From Myxococcota bacterium (lineage in GTDB: Bacteria > Myxococcota_A > UBA796 > SXON01): a stretch of 64,000 nucleotides of DNA. Within the stretch, counting starts at the first letter, position 1; each line of letters begins with the position of its first letter. Shown piece after piece: positions 18,591 to 27,993 of this stretch. The position numbers were made by a program, and so were the translations under genes. The DNA is taken from contig JAZKFH010000019.1 of assembly GCA_040386535.1 (NCBI GenBank), positions 1 to 64,000 of the forward strand, in the 5' to 3' direction. Under the pieces are notes generated by a model. It did no database searches, had not been told where the DNA came from, and worked only from the letters and a program-made list of their open reading frames with translations.

Positions 18591-19643
18591 ATGGACTCCC
18601 TCCTCGTCGTGGTCCCCGTGCGGGACGGCGCGACCACGCTCCCCCGCTGCCTCGAAGCGCTCGTGCATGCGCTCCCCGTCGGCGCCGAGATCGTGGTGGT
18701 CGACGACGGCTCCCGCGACGACTCCGCGGCCATCGCGTCCCGCTTCCCCGTGCGAGTGCTCCGCCACGCGCAGAGCCGGGGCGCGTCCGCCGCGCGCAAC
18801 ACGGGCCTCGCCGCCTCCGACGCCGCGCTCATCGCCTTCGTGGACGCCGACGTGGTAGTCCGCCCCGACGCGCTCACGCGCCTCGTCGCCACGCTCGCCG
18901 CCGCGCCGGACGCCTGCGGCGCGAACGGGGTACTCGCCCTCGATCTGTCCACCCCCGGGCTGATGAGCGCGTTCGCCAACACGTCCATCCACTACCAGCA
19001 CCTGTGTCACGGCGAGCGCGTCGCGAGCGCGTTCACGTCCGTGTGCATCTTGCGTCGCGCGGCGTTGGTGAAGATGGGTGGGTGGGAAGCAGACACCTCG
19101 CGGTACGCCGACGACGTGGCAACACGCTGGCACCTGCCCCCGGGCTCCATCCGCCTCGACGTGGGCGCCCAGGGCGAACATCTGAAGCGGGTCTCCCTGC
19201 GGGGCCTCTTGAAGCACCGCTTCAACATCGGGTGGTTCTACTTCGGCTCGATCGTGTCGCATTGGGGGCAGGTCCGCGAGCGGCCGGCCACCTCGGTCCT
19301 CGCGCTCCGCTACCCCCTGAACACCGTCGCCGCGGCGCTCTCCGTGGCCCTGCTCCCCGCGCTCGTCTGGGCCACCGCCCGCCCGGTCCTGGTCCTCCCG
19401 CTGGCGCTGTTCATGCTCGCCAACACCCGCTTCGCCCTGTTCACGCTCCGCGAGCGCGGCCCCAAGGAAGCGCTCTTCGCGATCCCTCTCTCCACACTCG
19501 AAGGGTTCGCCTACATGTGCGGGATCCTTGCCTCTGCTACGATGACCGCGTGGAGAGCACGTGATCGCGCACCAACCGCCCCTGGCCGAGTACGCCCTCC
19601 GCTACGCCAAGGCGGGCCTGAAGAGCCGCCTCCTCACCCATGA
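18591..19643 (+). CDS. glycosyltransferase family 2 with C-terminal TM helices
   Basis: VVVPVRD, VVVDDGSRD, ARNTG, FVDAD. Confidence 0.88.
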   Translation: MDSLLVVVPVRDGATTLPRCLEALVHALPVGAEIVVVDDGSRDDSAAIASRFPVRVLRHAQSRGASAARNTGLAASDAALIAFVDADVVVRPDALTRLVATLAAAPDACGANGVLALDLSTPGLMSAFANTSIHYQHLCHGERVASAFTSVCILRRAALVKMGGWEADTSRYADDVATRWHLPPGSIRLDVGAQGEHLKRVSLRGLLKHRFNIGWFYFGSIVSHWGQVRERPATSVLALRYPLNTVAAALSVALLPALVWATARPVLVLPLALFMLANTRFALFTLRERGPKEALFAIPLSTLEGFAYMCGILASATMTAWRARDRAPTAPGRVRPPLRQGGPEEPPPHP

Positions 19644-20679
19644 GCCGCTGTTCCTCACCGTGTTCGTCACGGCGCGGTGCGGGCTCAACTGCGGGCACTG
19701 CTTCTACCGGGAGGAGCTGCTCAACGGGAACATCAAGGAGGAGATGACCCTCGCCGAGTACGACACGTTCACGTCGAAGTGCCCGGCGTTCCCGAAGCTC
19801 ATCATCACGGGCGGCGAGCCGTTCCTCCGCACGGACCTGTCCGACATCGCCATCCTCTTCTACGAGAACGCCTCCAAGGCTCGCCAGATCACGATCCCCA
19901 CGGCGGGCACCCACACGGACCGCATCGTCGACCTCGTGGAGAAGGTGCTGCTGCCGCGCAAGGATCTCATCCTCGAGATCCAGCTCTCCATCGACGGAGT
20001 GGGCGCCGATCACGACGCCGTGCGCGGCAAGGGGCAGTTCGAACGCCTGATGCGCACCTACGAGGCGCTCAAGCCCATCCAGGATGTGAACGAGGGCCTG
20101 CGCATCCGCTTCAACTACACGTTCTCGCGGCGCACGCAGGACTGGTTCGAGAAGACCCACGATTTTGTCACCCGCGAGCTCGGCAACCCCCACTTCGACA
20201 TGGTGCTCGTGCGCCGCACGACGGTGGACGACGAGTACTGGGGCCAGGTCGACATCGCGAAGTACCGCAAGGCCACCGAGCTGTTGCAGGCCGCGGAGCT
20301 GAAGAAGGCGGGGGACTCCACCTTCCGGCAGCTGCTCGCCCAGCGGGTGCAGGTCGAGCGCGAGATCATCGCCGAACACCACCAGGGCAACCCGGTGATG
20401 ACCGGGTGCCAGGCCGGCACGTTGACCGCCATCGTCAGCGAGACCGGCAGCGTGCGGCCGTGCGAGATCCTCGACACCTCGTTCGGGAATCTCCGCGACA
20501 ACGACTACGACTTCATGACGTTGTGGAAGAACGGCATCGCCGACACGCACCGCAAGTTCGTGAAGGACACTGGCTGTTTCTGCACGTTCGAGACGTGTGT
20601 GCGCACCACGATGTCGTTCCAGCCCAAGTGGTACGGCAAGATGGCGGCCACCTACGCGAAGCAGCGCCTCGCGCGGTAG
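19561..20679 (+). CDS. radical SAM / SPASM(twitch) domain protein
   Basis: CGLNCGHC, ITGGEP, LSIDG, C-terminal CQAG...VRPCE...GNLR...CFCTFETC. Confidence 0.9.
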   Translation: MIAHQPPLAEYALRYAKAGLKSRLLTHEPLFLTVFVTARCGLNCGHCFYREELLNGNIKEEMTLAEYDTFTSKCPAFPKLIITGGEPFLRTDLSDIAILFYENASKARQITIPTAGTHTDRIVDLVEKVLLPRKDLILEIQLSIDGVGADHDAVRGKGQFERLMRTYEALKPIQDVNEGLRIRFNYTFSRRTQDWFEKTHDFVTRELGNPHFDMVLVRRTTVDDEYWGQVDIAKYRKATELLQAAELKKAGDSTFRQLLAQRVQVEREIIAEHHQGNPVMTGCQAGTLTAIVSETGSVRPCEILDTSFGNLRDNDYDFMTLWKNGIADTHRKFVKDTGCFCTFETCVRTTMSFQPKWYGKMAATYAKQRLAR

Positions 20680-20689
20680 CGCCGACCGT

Positions 20690-21760
20690 TCAGCGCATCT
20701 CGATCTCGCGCGCGGTCTGGCGGCGCGCCCCGCTCTCGGCGGCGTGGGTCCGCAGCTTCTCCAGCACGATGCCGAGGGACTCGGGCGTGTGCTCGCCGGG
20801 CAACACGCGGGCCAGCGAGAGGCCCGCCCGCGCCTCTTCGAGGTAGGCGAGCGCATAGTCCTGGAGGCTCTCGGTCCGTGCGCGCTCGAGCGCGAGGCTG
20901 GCGCGGTGCTCGAGGAGGCGCTCGAGGTGGCCCGCCGTGCCCTGGCGGCGCTCGCGGATGAACGCGTCCTCCCCGGCGCCGATCTCGCGCAGGGCGAAGA
21001 GCCGGGCGCCGACCGAGATGGGATCGATGCGGGCGAGGTCGGAGTCGAGGGTCTGGAGCGTGAGCGCGAGGCGGTACACCCAGGCGGCCACCTCGGCGAG
21101 GCCGGCGCGGGTGGCGCGGTCGGGGGCCTGCCCGTCGAACGACTGGTCGAGCTGCCACGCGCGCATGGCGGCGGCGCGGTAGGGCGCGGCGAGCGCCACC
21201 TGGATGCGGCCGGGGGAGGGGATGCGCGTCGGGAGCGACCAGCGCAACGTGCCCGGCAACAGCGCCTGCGCGGTGCAGAGGCCGACGACCGCGCCCGCCC
21301 AGAGAGAGGACGTGACGGTGAAGCCGCCGAGAAGCCCCAACCCGTCGGCCGCGAAGAGCCCGATACCGGCACCGGCGATGCCCGCGAGCAGGCTCTCGAC
21401 GCGCGCCACGCCGTCTCCGCCGCCCACGGCCACCCCCGCGGCTGCACCGGCCGCCACCGCGGCGGGAAACCCCAGCCCGGCGAGCAGCAGCGTCGCCGCC
21501 ACGACGAACACCATCACCAGCGGCAGGAGGTAGACACGGGACGGCCGCGTCGCGACGACGCCTACGCCGGTTGCGATGGCGAGCGCGAGCGTGGGGTTGG
21601 TGTCGAGGCCGAAGAGCGCGAGCCCGCCGGCCGTCAGAGCCTGCGCCGAGGCCCACGCCGCCTGTCGCTGGAGCAGGCGGCGCCCGTCGGACGGGGGGAG
21701 CTCGAAGCGCGACCACATCGTCATCGGCGCCCTCGGGAAGGAGCTATCGGGAGAGGTCAC
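20690..21760 (-). CDS. hypothetical membrane protein with helical C-terminal domain
   Basis: About 6 hydrophobic segments followed by a charged helical region; overlaps the VWA gene end; start may be 21724. Confidence 0.65.
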   Translation of the reverse strand: MTSPDSSFPRAPMTMWSRFELPPSDGRRLLQRQAAWASAQALTAGGLALFGLDTNPTLALAIATGVGVVATRPSRVYLLPLVMVFVVAATLLLAGLGFPAAVAAGAAAGVAVGGGDGVARVESLLAGIAGAGIGLFAADGLGLLGGFTVTSSLWAGAVVGLCTAQALLPGTLRWSLPTRIPSPGRIQVALAAPYRAAAMRAWQLDQSFDGQAPDRATRAGLAEVAAWVYRLALTLQTLDSDLARIDPISVGARLFALREIGAGEDAFIRERRQGTAGHLERLLEHRASLALERARTESLQDYALAYLEEARAGLSLARVLPGEHTPESLGIVLEKLRTHAAESGARRQTAREIEMR

Positions 21761-23144
21761 GGCCGGCCTCGCTTGCGGCCTTCGCCGCGTAGGACGCCCC
21801 TTCGGTGTAGCCGAGGGACGAGAGGGTGGACATCGTCTCGCGGTCGGCGCGGAGCTCGGGGGCGTCTACTTCGGCCAGCGTGCGGTCGATGACGCTCGAC
21901 GCGTCGCGCATCATCGCGCGCGCCTTGTCGTCGTCCCCGTCGCGCCAGGCATCGGCCGAGGCGCGGGTGAGCGCGCCGGCGCGGGCCCGGGTCGCCGCGA
22001 TGGTGGCGGTCTCGTCGACGGATGCACGCACGGCGTCGGCATCGCGGGTGATGTGCGCGACCACCCCGGCGCTGCTGCTCCGCCGCGCGCCACCGTCCAC
22101 CGGATCCCAGCTCAGCTCGGCGCGCGCCACGCTCCGGTCGCCGATCGTGCCCGCGGGCACCTCGACGGCGAGCACGATCTTGCGGGTCTGCCCCGCGCTG
22201 ATGTCGCCCACGTAGACCTCCGTTCCATCCGTCGTCCCGTCCGCTCCGGACGGCGACGCCGTCCACCCGTAGACCTCGCGGATCCGCACCCCTTCTCCGA
22301 CGTGCACGCGGACACGCGCCTGGCGCGCCAGCGTCTGCGTGGTCCGCTCGAGCTCGGCGGCAATCACGGTGGACAGCTCCTCGGGGTTCCCCACGAAACG
22401 GTACGACCCACCCCCGGCGTCGACCATGGATTCCAGCAGGTTCTCGTTGAAGTCCCGGCCCAGACCGATAGCGGACACGCTCACGCCTCCCGACGCGTAG
22501 GTGCGGGCGAGCCGGGCGAACGCCTCCGGGCTGGTCTCGCCGATGTTGGCCTGCCCGTCGGACACGACCAGCACCTTGCGCGGATTGGTGGACCACGCCG
22601 AAGCGAGCTGGTCCTCGCCGAGCTCGAGGCCATCCCAGAGGTTCGTGCCGCCGTCGTCCCGGAGCCCGCGGACCACGGCGTGGAGGCGCGCGGTGTCCCC
22701 GTCGAAGGGCGCGCCAGGCACCAGCACGCGCGCACGGTCGTCGAAGCCCACGAGGGCGAAGCGGTCGCCCTCCCGGAGCGCGTCCACGAGCTCGTCCGCT
22801 GCGGCGCGGGCGGCCTCGATCTTGCCCTCGCGGCCCATCGAGCCCGACGTGTCGACGACCACCGCGATGTCGACCGGCACACGCTCGCTCTGCACGTCGG
22901 GCGCGGTCAGGGTCACGACGACGTACCGGAGGTTGTCGCCATCCTGGAGCACCGCGTCGCGGTCCATCTCGACGCTGAGCGAGAGCGGGCCCTGGCCCCA
23001 CGTCGCCTCGGCGATCTCCACGGGCACCAGCGGGACCTCTGCTGGCGGCACGGCGGCTCGATGCGGCGCGGTGAGGGAGGGGGCGACCAGGGCGCCGACG
23101 GTCGCCGCGGCGGCGAGGAGCAGGGTCAGATGCCAACGTTCCAC
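21744..23144 (-). CDS. VWA domain protein (YfbK / Ca-activated chloride channel homolog family)
   Basis: MIDAS DTSGSM, GGTNL, VSDGQAN, IGLGRDFNE; N-terminal TM/signal; GTG start with GGAG. Confidence 0.85.
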   Translation of the reverse strand: MERWHLTLLLAAAATVGALVAPSLTAPHRAAVPPAEVPLVPVEIAEATWGQGPLSLSVEMDRDAVLQDGDNLRYVVVTLTAPDVQSERVPVDIAVVVDTSGSMGREGKIEAARAAADELVDALREGDRFALVGFDDRARVLVPGAPFDGDTARLHAVVRGLRDDGGTNLWDGLELGEDQLASAWSTNPRKVLVVSDGQANIGETSPEAFARLARTYASGGVSVSAIGLGRDFNENLLESMVDAGGGSYRFVGNPEELSTVIAAELERTTQTLARQARVRVHVGEGVRIREVYGWTASPSGADGTTDGTEVYVGDISAGQTRKIVLAVEVPAGTIGDRSVARAELSWDPVDGGARRSSSAGVVAHITRDADAVRASVDETATIAATRARAGALTRASADAWRDGDDDKARAMMRDASSVIDRTLAEVDAPELRADRETMSTLSSLGYTEGASYAAKAASEAGRDLSR

Positions 23145-23223
23145 GCGCACTCCAGGAGCTGAATCGCCCGACAACGGCGGCCCCTTCCGGTTCCTTACGA
23201 GCCCGTCTGCTATTGTCCCTCGA

Positions 23224-24126
23224 ATGTCGCTCTTGCTCCTGCTGGTATCGTCCGCCTTCGCCCGCGCCGACATCGCCGTGCTGGTCTCCGATCAGCTCGA
23301 CGCCTACGAGGCGCCCGTCGCCCGCTTCCAGGACGCGGTCGGCCGCTCGACCACGGTGTTCCAGATCGACGGCGACCGCGCACGTGCCGACTCGATCGTC
23401 AAGCAGCTCAAGGCCGATCCGCCGCCGCTCGTCTTCGCGGTGGGCGCCAAGGCCGCCTACATCGCCGTCAACGAGCTCCCCGACGTACCCGTCGTCTATG
23501 CGTTGGTGCTCGAGCCGGGCAAGTACGGCATCTCCGGCACCCAGGTCACGGGCGTGTCGATGGAGGTGCCCGCCGAGGCCACGCTCTCCCAGTTCCAGCT
23601 CTTCGCGCCGGCGGTGAAGAAGCTCGGCGTGCTGCTCGCCACCAACAACACGTCCACCCAGGTGGCCGAGGCGCTCGCCTCCGCGCGTCGCCTCGGCTTC
23701 GAGACCACCGTGCAGCGCGTCACCAACCCGCGCGACCTGCGCGCCGCGTGGCAGCGCATGGCTGGCAACGTCGATGCTTTGTGGCTCCTCCCCGATCCCG
23801 TCGTGATGGCGCCCGAATCCTTCCGGTGGCTCCGCAACGACACGATGCGCCGCCGCGTGCCGATGCTCGCGAGCACCGAGAACCTCGTCCGGGCCGGCGC
23901 TCTCCTGTGTGTCGCCCCCGATCGGCAGGTGGCCGGCCAGCAGGCGAGCGACCTTGCCCGGCGCATCCTCGAGGGGGGCGAGCTGCCCGGCACCATCGAG
24001 CCGCCCGCGCCGGGGGCCATGCGTGTCGTGCTCAACCGCGACACGCTCGACAGCATGGGCATCGCGGTCGACGAGCTGATGCTCGACTTCGCCGACGAGG
24101 TGGTGCGGGAGACCGAGGGGCGCTGA
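23224..24126 (+). CDS. ABC transporter substrate-binding protein (ABC_sub_bind-like)
   Basis: Signal peptide, TGVSM, KKLGVL, DALWLLPD, GALL, GQQA..LARRIL.G. Confidence 0.8.
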   Translation: MSLLLLLVSSAFARADIAVLVSDQLDAYEAPVARFQDAVGRSTTVFQIDGDRARADSIVKQLKADPPPLVFAVGAKAAYIAVNELPDVPVVYALVLEPGKYGISGTQVTGVSMEVPAEATLSQFQLFAPAVKKLGVLLATNNTSTQVAEALASARRLGFETTVQRVTNPRDLRAAWQRMAGNVDALWLLPDPVVMAPESFRWLRNDTMRRRVPMLASTENLVRAGALLCVAPDRQVAGQQASDLARRILEGGELPGTIEPPAPGAMRVVLNRDTLDSMGIAVDELMLDFADEVVRETEGR

Positions 24127-24137
24127 AGCCGGGCTCG

Positions 24138-24509
24138 CTACTTCTTGTCGATCCGCACGCCCCCGAACAACGAGTCCCCGAGGCCGAACACGCCGATCGG
24201 CTCCTTCCACTCGCCGTTGGAGACGAGCACGAACCCGTGGATCATCGGGATGTACGGCAGCATGACCATCGGGAAGAGGATCGCTCCGAACCCGCACGTC
24301 ACCATCGAGATGGTGAAGTACGCCATCAAGAGGACGACCCAGAGCAGGTACGCGACCGCCGCCTGTTTCGCGTGGTACAGCGCGAACGCGTCGTTCCGCT
24401 GGACGAACGGGATGACGAAGAGCGGAAAACCGATGAACACGGACGCGTAGGACAGGTAGGCCCAGACGCGGCCGTCCTGCGTGATCGGGAGCTGGGGATC
24501 GGTGGACAT
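24138..24509 (-). CDS. DUF4870-like small membrane protein
   Basis: AYLSY..., FALYHAKQA, TCGFG, IHG...NGEW.P. Confidence 0.75.
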   Translation of the reverse strand: MSTDPQLPITQDGRVWAYLSYASVFIGFPLFVIPFVQRNDAFALYHAKQAAVAYLLWVVLLMAYFTISMVTCGFGAILFPMVMLPYIPMIHGFVLVSNGEWKEPIGVFGLGDSLFGGVRIDKK

Positions 24510-24540
24510 CGCCCAGGTGTAACCGGACAGTCGGGCGGCG

Positions 24541-25797
24541 TCAGTCGGTAGGGCGGGCGGGACAGGGGAGCCCGGTGATGAACGCGGCGGCCCCCGTGGC
24601 GGCGTCCAACAACGCGCCGAGGCGCTGCTGCTCCGACGTGACGCGCGCGAGCAGGGCGGCCCCCCCGAGCTTCTCCAGACGCAGGGCTTCGGCATCCAGC
24701 GTCGCGGCCGCCGCGTCGCCCACCCCTTCGCGCCAGCTTCCGCGCTCCGCCTCGACCACCCCGCGCTCGCGGGTGATCCGCGCGAGCTTGCCGCGGACGG
24801 TCGCCACCTCGGCCAGGGTGCCGAGCTCGGCCTTCAGCTCAGCCGACACGCCCGCCTCCCCGACGTGCCGGTAGATCCACTCCAGGTGCTGCAGGTCGGG
24901 GTCGTCGAGGGCCGCCTCCGCCGTCCAGCGCTCCAGCGTCGCGCCGGTCTGGGCGTGGAGGGGGCGGAACGTCGTCTCGGCGGTCCGCAGCGTCTGGAGG
25001 GCGGCGGGCCGCTCCGCGCAGGGGTCCCGGGCGCCCGCGTCGTGGATCATCGCCTCGAGGCGCGGCGCGGCGGCGCCGACGGGCCGCCCCTTGCGCGGCG
25101 CGCCCGGGGCCATCCACGCCAGCAGGAGGTCGGCCTCGGCGCGGCGCGGCGACGTGAACGGGACGTGACGCGTCAGGTTGACCGCGTGGGGGTAGAGCCC
25201 CGCGTGGACGTAGAGCGCCGCGAGCGCGAAGACCACACGCTCGCGGCAGCGGTCCAGCTCGGCGGCGCGGGGCTCGGAGACCAGATCCCCGTCGTGACGG
25301 CCGATCGCGCGGAGCACATCCACGAAGGCGTTGTGGGCATGGTGTGGCTTGCCGAGCCGGCCGTGCACGAGCCCGGCGAGGTACCGCGCGCGGAGCGCGG
25401 CTTCGGCGGAGAGGGGAATCGACCCGAGCAACTTCCGGGCTTCCGTGAGCGTGGCCTCGGCGTCTCCGCCGCGCCGATCGACCACGCCCGCGAAGAGGGC
25501 ACGGGCCCGCAGCCACGCGAGCCAGTCCTTCTCCTGCTTGGGCCAGCGATCCTGCGGCACGTCGAGGATGCGCGCCCGGAGCTGGCTCCAGTCGTCGGTG
25601 AGCGCCGCGATGCGCACGAGGTGCGCGAGCGCCTCGTCGTAGGCCGGGTCCGCGGGGCCACGATCGAGGAGCTCGACGAACGGCGCCTCGGAGGCGACGG
25701 GCAGGCCGAGGTCGTAGAGGGACCGCGCGGAGACCTGGAGCGGGTCCGTCGGCGCCGCGGTCGCGGTCCCGAAGGCGAGCAGCAGCAGAGCGAGCAT
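24541..25797 (-). CDS. secreted TPR protein, GltC-like
   Basis: Signal peptide; RSLYDLGL..S...FVELLDRGP..PAY..AL..L and IP......RARYL.GL resemble the myxobacterial GltC TPR region (from memory). Confidence 0.5.
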   Translation of the reverse strand: MLALLLLAFGTATAAPTDPLQVSARSLYDLGLPVASEAPFVELLDRGPADPAYDEALAHLVRIAALTDDWSQLRARILDVPQDRWPKQEKDWLAWLRARALFAGVVDRRGGDAEATLTEARKLLGSIPLSAEAALRARYLAGLVHGRLGKPHHAHNAFVDVLRAIGRHDGDLVSEPRAAELDRCRERVVFALAALYVHAGLYPHAVNLTRHVPFTSPRRAEADLLLAWMAPGAPRKGRPVGAAAPRLEAMIHDAGARDPCAERPAALQTLRTAETTFRPLHAQTGATLERWTAEAALDDPDLQHLEWIYRHVGEAGVSAELKAELGTLAEVATVRGKLARITRERGVVEAERGSWREGVGDAAAATLDAEALRLEKLGGAALLARVTSEQQRLGALLDAATGAAAFITGLPCPARPTD

Positions 25798-25832
25798 CGC
25801 GCGAGGCTAATCCGCCCGGCTCCAAACGTGAC

Positions 25833-27941
25833 CTAGAACGCGACCTCTACCCCGACCTGGATCGTCCGCCCCTCGCCGGCGGGATCGACCGGATACCGCG
25901 CCTCGTCACCGGACATCTCGTTCGCGTCGTCCCGGTACAACCAGGTGGTGTAGGGCGTGTCGAGCAGGTTGTACGCGGCCACGTCGATGCGGACCCGCCC
26001 GCCGAGGGCGTCGGTCGCGAGCCCGGCCCCGAGCAGCGCGTAGGCGGGGGCGTCCTCGGCGCCGGCGTCGGGGCTCCACGCCGCGCGGGTGCGGGGGCCG
26101 ATCACGTCGAGGAGGAGGGAGGCGCGCATCGCGTCCACCACGCGCACGCCGACGCGCGCGTGCGCCATGTGCGCCGGGAACTCGTACTGCTGGAAGCCGG
26201 TGTCGCGGTCGGTCGCGCGGGTGTAGCTGTAGCTGCCGTCGAGGTCGAACGGGCCGGCGGCCACGGTGGCCTGGGCCTCGCCGCCGAAGATGTCGGCGCC
26301 CCCGGAGTTGTCGTAGTAGTCGTCCCCGAGCGGGCCCGGCGTCGCGACGGTCACCTTGTTGATCTCGCCGGCGATGGACGAGTAGAACGCGGTTGCGCGG
26401 AGCTTGACGCCGCGGGTGGGCGCCACCGAGAGCTCCGACTCCACGGTGTGGATGGACTCGGGCAACAGATCGGGGTTGCCGGCGGTGAAGTCGTTCTTTC
26501 CCTCCGCGTCGGACGACACGTGCACCAGCCACTCGCGGGCCGTCGGGGCGCGGAAGGCGCGGCCGTAGAGCACCTTGAGCACCACCGCGTCGGAGGGGAG
26601 GATCAAGAGGCCGGCGCGAGGGGAGGGGAACACGCCGTAGGTGCCGTGGTAGTCGAGGCGCGCACCGGCGGTGATCTCGAGGAAGGGCAGCGCGGTCCAC
26701 GTGTCCTGCGCGTAGGCCCAGAGCCCCCAGAGCGTGGTGGGATCGGCCTCGTAGCGGCCCTCGATCCCGTCGTGCGACAGATCCTCGTAGTACACGTCGG
26801 CGATGCGCTCGACGAACAGGGCCTCTCCGCCCACGCCGCCGACGAGCACGTGCGCGGGCACCGGCCGGGCCTCGATGTCGACGCCGAAGGTCGCCGCCTG
26901 GGTGAGCTTGAAGGTCTCGACGAGCGTGGTGTCCCAGTCGGTCGTGTAGGTGGTCGCGCCGGTGTCGTCTGTGGCGGCGGTGGTGACCGGCGCGCCGAAG
27001 AACGCGTACTGGCCGGGATCGTCGTGCCGCCGCCACGCCACGCGCGGCGTGATCGTCAGGCGCGGCCCGAGCGAGAGCGCATACGACGCTGCGGCCTGCT
27101 GGTCGTGGTACTGGAGCCAGAAGTCCTGCTCGCCCATGAGCAGCACGTCGAACGCGTCGTCCTGCTCGTTGGTGTAGTAGGTGTGGCGATAGTCCACGCC
27201 GTCCCACCGCAGGGAGAAGTCGCCCAGCGTGAGCTTCACGCCGGCGTTCACGGCGCGCTTCGGGTCGTCCCCGCTCACGTTCCGCCGGCCGCGGGGGCTG
27301 ATGTCGAGGCCGTCCCCGTCGGCCTCGTAGTAGCGCGCGTAGGCGGTGATGCCGCCGTCCGCCGTGCCGACCTCGAAGGGATGACCGACGACCGCGGAGA
27401 CCCCACGCCGCGCTGTCGTGCCGCCGAGCACGCGTACGAAGCCACCGGAGAGCTCCTTTGCCGTGTAGGTCACGACGTTGATGACGGCGGAGAACGCGTT
27501 GGTGCCGTAGATCGTGGAGCCGGGGCCCTTGATGATCTCGATCTGGCGCACGTTCTCGAGCGGCAGGTACTCGTCGATCGACGCGTGGGTGTACACGCCG
27601 TCGTACCAGGGCACGCCGTCGATCAGGAGGAGGAACTTGTTGTCGTCCGCGCTGATCACACCGCGGAACCAGGCGACCTTCCGGGACTCCTTGGTCGTCG
27701 TGACGTACACGCCCGGGAGCGTGCGGAGCGCGTCGGAGAGCGTGCGGAATCCGCGGTCCCGCATCTGCCGATCCGTCAGCACGGTGACGATGGCGGGCGC
27801 GTCCTGCACCGTCTGCGCGTAGCGCGCGGCGACGGTGACGATCTGCTCGTCGAGCTTGTAGAGGTCGGCCTCGTCGGGCTCGGTGAAGGGGTCGACCGGG
27901 GGCGCGGCCAGGGTCACGTGGAGGGAGGCGAGCAGGAGCAC
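25833..27941 (-). CDS. TonB-dependent receptor
   Basis: Plug (APAIVTV, LLLIDG, IEIIKGPGSTIYGTNA..VINVVT), YGRAFRAP, NPDLLPE, YNLLD, terminal F. Confidence 0.92.
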   Translation of the reverse strand: MLLLASLHVTLAAPPVDPFTEPDEADLYKLDEQIVTVAARYAQTVQDAPAIVTVLTDRQMRDRGFRTLSDALRTLPGVYVTTTKESRKVAWFRGVISADDNKFLLLIDGVPWYDGVYTHASIDEYLPLENVRQIEIIKGPGSTIYGTNAFSAVINVVTYTAKELSGGFVRVLGGTTARRGVSAVVGHPFEVGTADGGITAYARYYEADGDGLDISPRGRRNVSGDDPKRAVNAGVKLTLGDFSLRWDGVDYRHTYYTNEQDDAFDVLLMGEQDFWLQYHDQQAAASYALSLGPRLTITPRVAWRRHDDPGQYAFFGAPVTTAATDDTGATTYTTDWDTTLVETFKLTQAATFGVDIEARPVPAHVLVGGVGGEALFVERIADVYYEDLSHDGIEGRYEADPTTLWGLWAYAQDTWTALPFLEITAGARLDYHGTYGVFPSPRAGLLILPSDAVVLKVLYGRAFRAPTAREWLVHVSSDAEGKNDFTAGNPDLLPESIHTVESELSVAPTRGVKLRATAFYSSIAGEINKVTVATPGPLGDDYYDNSGGADIFGGEAQATVAAGPFDLDGSYSYTRATDRDTGFQQYEFPAHMAHARVGVRVVDAMRASLLLDVIGPRTRAAWSPDAGAEDAPAYALLGAGLATDALGGRVRIDVAAYNLLDTPYTTWLYRDDANEMSGDEARYPVDPAGEGRTIQVGVEVAF

Positions 27942-27993
27942 GTCCGAAGGGTACCACGCGCCGGACCCGGTCCCGGGCCCTACAAAGAGCAGG

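Noticed and set aside
16478..20679. Six-Cys peptide as a SCIFF/ranthipeptide substrate of the SPASM radical SAM
   Set aside because: The peptide has a lipoprotein signal, lies ~3 kb away with unrelated genes between, and the rSAM is coupled to a GT2 and shows no RRE
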